This document shows positions 58,889 to 64,000 of a DNA stretch of 64,000 nt, in pieces. Source of the stretch: Promethearchaeota archaeon (GTDB lineage: Archaea > Asgardarchaeota > Lokiarchaeia > Sigyniarchaeales > SOKP01); contig JBHLLT010000002.1 of NCBI GenBank assembly GCA_048938855.1, forward strand, positions 256,001 to 320,000, given 5' to 3'. Each line of letters opens with the position of its first letter. Position 1 is the first letter of the stretch. Position numbers and translations under genes: made by a program. The notes beneath the pieces were generated by a model, which saw only the letters and a list, made by a program, of their open reading frames with translations, was not told where the DNA came from and searched no databases.

Positions 58889-60136
58889 ATGCCTTTTGAT
58901 TATATGCCTTGGTGGGATAAGGAAACTAAGCAATTTGCTGATGAAGTCGAGAATTTCTGTGACACTGAATTAGTGCCACGAACCACTAAACTCCTTGAAC
59001 AAAATAAAGATCCGATGGAAATTCAATGGAGTGCATCAAAACTTTGTGTAGAAAAAGGATTTCATCCTTTAATGGTGTTAGCAGAGGAGGAATATGGTGG
59101 AAGAGATAAAGGATATGCAGGATACACTATTTTGAATGAAGAAATAGGACGATCTAACTTGAACATAAATCCTTTATTAACAAGTGTTTTTGGGGCAGGA
59201 CCAGTGCATTTATTTGGAACAGAAGCACAAAAAAAGAAACTTTTAGAGCCTATAGTGAAGGGAGAAAAATGGGCTTCTATAACTGTAACAGAACCTGATG
59301 TGGGTAATGATGCTGCTGGTGTTCAACTCCATGCTGAAGAAGATGGAGATGAATGGGTTTTGAATGGTTGGAAACGCTTTATTACTTTAGGAGCGATTTC
59401 TGATTATCACATGCTTTATGCAAACACCGATCCTGAAATGAAAAGAATATACAGACATCTTACTGCATTTCTTGTCCCTACTGATATTCCTGGAATAACA
59501 ATAGAAAAGATAAATGATTTAATTGGAGATGTTGAAATGGCCAATTCTGTGATAAGGTATCGAGATGTTCGGGTTCCAAAACAAAATATGATATTAGATC
59601 CAGGAGATGGTTGGACAGTAATGACAAGCGCACTCAATATAGAACGATTAGGAATTGCTAGTGTGGTAGGATCATCAAAAAACTTGATAGAGACAGCACG
59701 GGCTTATGGTCGGAGAAGAGTTCAATTTGGAAGTCCTATTTCACGATATAACGCTGTTCAATTAAGAATGGCCAATATCAGCATGAAAATGCATCTAATT
59801 AGGGTTTATATCTATTATCTAGCACATTTGCTTGATACAGGTGAGGCCGATATGTTTACTTTTGCATTAAAATCATCTACTGCTAAGATTTTTGGAACTC
59901 AATCTTTAACAGAGATGGCTTTGGACGCACTCTATATTGTAGGTGGTGACGGCTATCTTCAAGAAACTGGCATTGGAGGCATATTAAAAAATGCTGCTTT
60001 AATGCAAATTGCTGGGGGTTCAAATGATATTCTCAAATTATTCATTGGTAGACAAGAATTTAAACAAGATGTAGATGAACGTATGTTAACTCCCTCAGTA
60101 CGAGGTCCAACAAAAGAAGAAGTTGACAAATTGTAA
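58889..60136 (+). CDS. Acyl-CoA dehydrogenase
   Basis: EEYGG, VTEPDVGND, LNGWKRFIT, RVQFG, GGDG; C-terminal IAGGSN has no Glu, so base probably from LNIERL. Confidence 0.92.
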   Translation: MPFDYMPWWDKETKQFADEVENFCDTELVPRTTKLLEQNKDPMEIQWSASKLCVEKGFHPLMVLAEEEYGGRDKGYAGYTILNEEIGRSNLNINPLLTSVFGAGPVHLFGTEAQKKKLLEPIVKGEKWASITVTEPDVGNDAAGVQLHAEEDGDEWVLNGWKRFITLGAISDYHMLYANTDPEMKRIYRHLTAFLVPTDIPGITIEKINDLIGDVEMANSVIRYRDVRVPKQNMILDPGDGWTVMTSALNIERLGIASVVGSSKNLIETARAYGRRRVQFGSPISRYNAVQLRMANISMKMHLIRVYIYYLAHLLDTGEADMFTFALKSSTAKIFGTQSLTEMALDALYIVGGDGYLQETGIGGILKNAALMQIAGGSNDILKLFIGRQEFKQDVDERMLTPSVRGPTKEEVDKL

Positions 60137-60158
60137 AAAAATTAGGAGGTATATATAA

Positions 60159-60959
60159 ATGGCTAAGTATAAAGAAGTAAAATTTGAAGTAAAGGAAGAG
60201 ATTGGAATAATTACTATAGACAGACCAGAAAGAAGAAACACATTATCTAGAGATGTTTGGGCAAGTATTGGACAAGTTTTATCAGATACTTGGGATGATA
60301 TAAATGTGAGAGTGATTATTCTTACAGGAAACGATGAAGAATATAAAGGTGGGCGTGCCTTTTCAGCAGGACTTGATATTAAAGAAATGTCCACTACAGG
60401 ATTTAAGAATCTTGGAGATTTTCTTGGAATCTTGCTTGATCCTTGTGAATTAATGGCACGATATCCAAAACCTATAATCGCAGCGATAAATGGTTATGCA
60501 TATGCAGGAGGACTTGAACTTACATTATGGTGTGATTGTGCAATTGCTGCTGATGATGCAAAAATGGGTTTCTGGGAGAATAGAAGAGGTTTAGCAAGTG
60601 GTGTTGCATTCTTATTGCTACCTGAATTAATTGGAATGCGTTATACTAAAGAATTATTACTAACTGGTAAAATTATAAACGCTGAGGAAGCCTATAGAAT
60701 AGGTTTAGTAAACCGAGTTGTCCCTCACAATGACTTAATGAACACTACGATGGAAATGGCATCAGAAATGAAAAAAGTTGCCCCAATAAGCCATAAATGG
60801 ACAAAAAAATGGTTCCAACAAGGATATCATTATACACGAACTAGAGCGATTGGGAGTTTATGGGAACCATTCCAAGAATTATTTCATAGTGAAGATGTTA
60901 TAGAAGGATTTACCGCTTTCATGGAGGGAAATAGAGAACCAAAATGGAAGGGAAAATAA
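60159..60959 (+). CDS. Enoyl-CoA hydratase/isomerase family
   Basis: AFSAGLD, INGYAYAGGLE, GLVNRVV. Confidence 0.92.
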   Translation: MAKYKEVKFEVKEEIGIITIDRPERRNTLSRDVWASIGQVLSDTWDDINVRVIILTGNDEEYKGGRAFSAGLDIKEMSTTGFKNLGDFLGILLDPCELMARYPKPIIAAINGYAYAGGLELTLWCDCAIAADDAKMGFWENRRGLASGVAFLLLPELIGMRYTKELLLTGKIINAEEAYRIGLVNRVVPHNDLMNTTMEMASEMKKVAPISHKWTKKWFQQGYHYTRTRAIGSLWEPFQELFHSEDVIEGFTAFMEGNREPKWKGK

Positions 60960-61000
60960 TTATTTTTTTTATTTAAAATTATAAATTAAGAGGTTATAAT

Positions 61001-61330
61001 ATGGCAAATCAAGAATTAGTTGAAGGAATTAAAAAAATGGTAAGTAAATTGGACGACCCTTCTTATGCTGAAAGATTCCAGAATTTTGATAGAAAATTAC
61101 AGTTTAACTTTACCGACACAGATAACTATTATCTCGTTTTTAAGGATGCTAAATGTGAAATTTTTGACGGGGAAGTCGAAGAACCAGATATAACTATTAC
61201 GACTACAAGCGATGTAATCATTGATATAATGGACGGAGAACTAAGCCCTACAAAAGCTTTTATGGGTGGTAAACTTAAAGCAAAAGGTCCAATGAAAGAC
61301 ATGCTAAAAATGCAAATGTTAATGAAATAA
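61001..61330 (+). CDS. SCP2 sterol/lipid-binding protein
   Basis: PDITI, GELSPTKAFMGGKLKAKG. Confidence 0.9.
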   Translation: MANQELVEGIKKMVSKLDDPSYAERFQNFDRKLQFNFTDTDNYYLVFKDAKCEIFDGEVEEPDITITTTSDVIIDIMDGELSPTKAFMGGKLKAKGPMKDMLKMQMLMK

Positions 61331-61407
61331 TTTATTCAAATTTTAAATTTTTTTTAATATGTTTTTGAATAGTATAAGAAAAACAACAAGATTTGATGAG
61401 ACATAAA

Positions 61408-62226
61408 ATGGAATTTAAATATCTCTTATTTGAAATAAAAAATAATGTTGCTATTATTACATTCAATAGAGAATATAAATTGAATGCTATAAATGGCAAG
61501 ATGTTTGATGAAATTTATGAAGCTTTAGAGGAAGCTTCAAACAATAAGGATATCCGTGCTATAATTATAACAGGAAACGGCCGTGCTTTTTCAACGGGAG
61601 GAGACTTTGATCAAGCAAGCCAGGGGATGGCAGGAGATGTAGATAATGTGGAAAACGGAGGAAAAATGCAATCTGGGGAATTAGAAATTGATCTTTCTCA
61701 AAAAAGAACAGTATTAAAGCTACAGAAAACACCTAAACCTATCATTGCTGCTATAAATGGTTTAGCATTAGGAGGCGGATTAAATATTGCCTTAAATTGT
61801 GATTTAATTTATGCGGCTGATAATGCTGAGCTTGGTACTTTCTTTATGAAGAGAGCTATTATTCCGGAAATGTCTTCCACATATCTCCTGCCTAGAATAA
61901 TAGGGATACACAAAGCAAAAGAATTAATCTTTTTTGGTGATAAATTTAGTGCTCAGGAGGCTTTTAAAATGGGGCTCATTAATGGAGTATTTCCTGCCGA
62001 TGAATTCATGAATAAAGTAATGAACATTGCTGAAAAGTTAGCAAAGGGACCAACTTATTCAATAGGGTTAGCAAAACTTGCGATTAATGAAATACTTGAG
62101 GATAAAACAATACAAGCACTTGAGAAGGAAGCTGATGCTTTATTTAAAGCATTTGATTCAGAAGATTTTACTGAAGGTTTATTAGCTTTTTTTGAAAAAA
62201 GAGATCCTAAATTTTTAGGACGATAA
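61408..62226 (+). CDS. Enoyl-CoA hydratase/isomerase family
   Basis: AFSTGGD, INGLALGGG, EKRDPKF; start at 61396 or 61408. Confidence 0.92.
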   Translation: MEFKYLLFEIKNNVAIITFNREYKLNAINGKMFDEIYEALEEASNNKDIRAIIITGNGRAFSTGGDFDQASQGMAGDVDNVENGGKMQSGELEIDLSQKRTVLKLQKTPKPIIAAINGLALGGGLNIALNCDLIYAADNAELGTFFMKRAIIPEMSSTYLLPRIIGIHKAKELIFFGDKFSAQEAFKMGLINGVFPADEFMNKVMNIAEKLAKGPTYSIGLAKLAINEILEDKTIQALEKEADALFKAFDSEDFTEGLLAFFEKRDPKFLGR

Positions 62227-62248
62227 TTAAAAAATTTGTGAATAATCC

Positions 62249-62677
62249 ATGGATGAGAGTAAAGCTAAAAGAATATTAAAGATAATATCCTTAATCGGAG
62301 GGATATATGAGATTATTTTTGGGATTATAATGATATTTTTTATTGTACCACTATTAAACTTGATAGGAGCAAGTATTATCCAATTGGACTATCCAATTTT
62401 TGCTCATACTGGAGGACTATTGGCCATAATATTGGGTTTAATTTTATCTTTTTCATCTTTTAATGTTGAAAAATATACGTTAAATATCATATTAATTATT
62501 TTATTGCGTTTTTTAATACAAATTGTCATCATTTATAATATAATAATGCTCCCTGAGATTTCACTAGCTTTACTATTATTTGGTTTAATAGATTTGATTT
62601 TTGCAATTATCACAATATATTTATTGAAAATATCAAATCTTTCATTTAATATATTTAAAGCAGTACATCAACAATGA
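62249..62677 (+). CDS. Membrane protein
   Basis: 4 TM; ATGA overlap with next gene. Confidence 0.7.
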   Translation: MDESKAKRILKIISLIGGIYEIIFGIIMIFFIVPLLNLIGASIIQLDYPIFAHTGGLLAIILGLILSFSSFNVEKYTLNIILIILLRFLIQIVIIYNIIMLPEISLALLLFGLIDLIFAIITIYLLKISNLSFNIFKAVHQQ

Positions 62678-63402
62678 GGTTAATCAAAATGATCCAATCA
62701 AACAAAATTATTCTTAATGTGTTAGCAGAAAATCGTAATATTCTAATGGAACATGAAAGTAAAGATCTAATTTCTATTTATGATATTCCAGTTGGAGAAT
62801 ACAAGCTAGTTAAGACAAAAAGTGAAGCAATAGAATTTGCGAATAAAATTGGATATCCTGTTGTAGCTAAATTAATGAGTCCGCATATCTTCCATAAAAC
62901 AGATGCTAAAGTAATTAAATTAGATATAAGATCGGATGATGAATTGATCAATGCTTATGAAGAAATTCTTACAAATGGTAAATCTTTCAAACCAAACGCA
63001 AGTATTACTGGCGTGAATATTCAAAAAATGGTAAAAGGCGGTGTTGCAGAAATTATTATAGGTGCTGTTCGGGACAAGAATTTCGGACCAGTTCTAATGT
63101 TTGGTTTTGGAGGAATTTTTGTTGAAATTTTTAAAGATGTATCATATAGAATATGTCCAATTAATAAAGAAGAAGCAGAAAGAATGATTCGAAGTATAAA
63201 GGCATTTCCCTTATTGAATGGATATCGTGGACAAAAAAAAGGAGATATCGATCAACTTACTGATGTTATGCTGAAATGCTGTACTCTCTTATCAGAAAAT
63301 CCACAAATTTGTGAATTTGATTTGAATCCTGTTATTGTATTTGAAACAGGTAAGGGAATAATGGTTGTAGATGCTCGAATTATTTTAAAGGAGGAAGATT
63401 AA
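62674..63402 (+). CDS. acdB: ADP-forming acyl-CoA synthetase beta subunit
   Basis: GYPVVAK, HKTD, FGPVLMFGFGGIFVE, DLNP, VDARI. Confidence 0.92.
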   Translation: MRLIKMIQSNKIILNVLAENRNILMEHESKDLISIYDIPVGEYKLVKTKSEAIEFANKIGYPVVAKLMSPHIFHKTDAKVIKLDIRSDDELINAYEEILTNGKSFKPNASITGVNIQKMVKGGVAEIIIGAVRDKNFGPVLMFGFGGIFVEIFKDVSYRICPINKEEAERMIRSIKAFPLLNGYRGQKKGDIDQLTDVMLKCCTLLSENPQICEFDLNPVIVFETGKGIMVVDARIILKEED

Positions 63403-63403
63403 A

Positions 63404-64000
63404 ATTTCAAAATTAAAAGATTTTGATGGCTTTTTTAATCCAAAGACAGTCGCTTTTTATGGTGCTTCAAATGTGATGCAAAAATTTGGTAGCATCCATC
63501 TCACTAATTTATTATCTGCTGGATTTCAAGGAAAAGTTATTCCAATACATCCAAAAGCGGAGGAGATCTTAGGATTTAAAGCTTATAAAAATATAAAAGA
63601 TGTTCCAGAAAAAGTTGATTTAGTTGTAATGGCAATTAATCCTAAATTAATTAATCAATTCTTAGAAGAATGTGGCCAGAAAGGGGTAACACATGTGATA
63701 ATTTTATCAGGAGGGTTTTTAGAGGTAGGAAATAAAGAAGCACAAGATAAAATGAAGAATATCGCTGAAAAATATAATATTAAAATTATGGGTCCAAATT
63801 GTTCGGGTGAGGTAGTTACTCCTTCTATAAATATAACTCATGTACCCTGGCCTCCAAGAAAGGGGGGAGTTTCAATCGTTTCTCAATCCGGAACTTACGC
63901 AGTTCAACCTCTAATTGCCATAAGCTCAAAGATTGGATTAGGAATCTCAAAAATAATTTCTGTAGGAAATGAAGTGAATACTGATTTAGTAGATTATTTA
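63404..64000 (+). CDS. acdA: ADP-forming acyl-CoA synthetase alpha subunit (CoA-binding domain), 3'-truncated; apparent ATT start
   Basis: Translates as ISKLKDFDGFFNPKTVAFYGAS...PIHPK...VDLVV...SGGFLEVG...IMGPNCSG...VSQSG...SVGNE; open to window end. Confidence 0.88.
   Translation, partial: MSKLKDFDGFFNPKTVAFYGASNVMQKFGSIHLTNLLSAGFQGKVIPIHPKAEEILGFKAYKNIKDVPEKVDLVVMAINPKLINQFLEECGQKGVTHVIILSGGFLEVGNKEAQDKMKNIAEKYNIKIMGPNCSGEVVTPSINITHVPWPPRKGGVSIVSQSGTYAVQPLIAISSKIGLGISKIISVGNEVNTDLVDYL

Noticed and set aside
58886-58891. In-frame TAG-ATG junction as pyrrolysine read-through fusing the small protein to ACAD
   Set aside because: An SD-like GGAGGGG lies just upstream of the ATG and ACAD is complete on its own; translational coupling is simpler.
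1833-60394. Many short ORFs in the track antisense to or nested in long genes (e.g. 1833-2093, 27059-27547, 27668-28060, 40778-41149, 48015-48317, 50269-50571, 60095-60394)
   Set aside because: They overlap well-supported genes, have no motifs and show antisense-shadow composition.
1-64000. CRISPR arrays, rRNA, IS elements
   Set aside because: No regularly spaced repeats, long GC-rich RNA tracts or transposase ORFs seen.

Overview
A 64 kb, AT-rich (roughly 30% GC by eye), gene-dense archaeal chromosomal segment. Archaeal tRNAs with bulge-helix-bulge introns, PAN, archaeal ThyA, three SCP2 proteins, an atypical small GTPase and many TTG starts point to an Asgard archaeon, probably Lokiarchaeia (inference). 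No CRISPR array, rRNA or mobile element is evident. Highlights: (1) a PadR-headed 8-gene operon carrying three UvrA-type protomers (one single, one tandem-fused) with no uvrB/uvrC in the window, plus a BtrH-like Cys hydrolase, DUF3795, a methyltransferase, a QW-repeat barrel and a VOC protein, a candidate antibiotic/DNA-intercalator defence system; (2) an Smc5/6-like SMC-kleisin-KITE operon led by a catalytically dead AAA+ protein; (3) a BpsA-AdoMetDC fusion near an ornithine decarboxylase; (4) a beta-grasp-like gene next to an Acr3 arsenic cluster ending in tandem TGA-TGA with an open continuation and a SECIS-like hairpin; (5) two tRNAs with 30-nt introns at non-canonical positions; (6) two genes that appear to need non-AUG (ATT/ATA) starts; (7) several unannotated small ORFs, including a Lys/Gly-rich amphipathic peptide. 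All family assignments come from motif recognition by eye; no searches were run.
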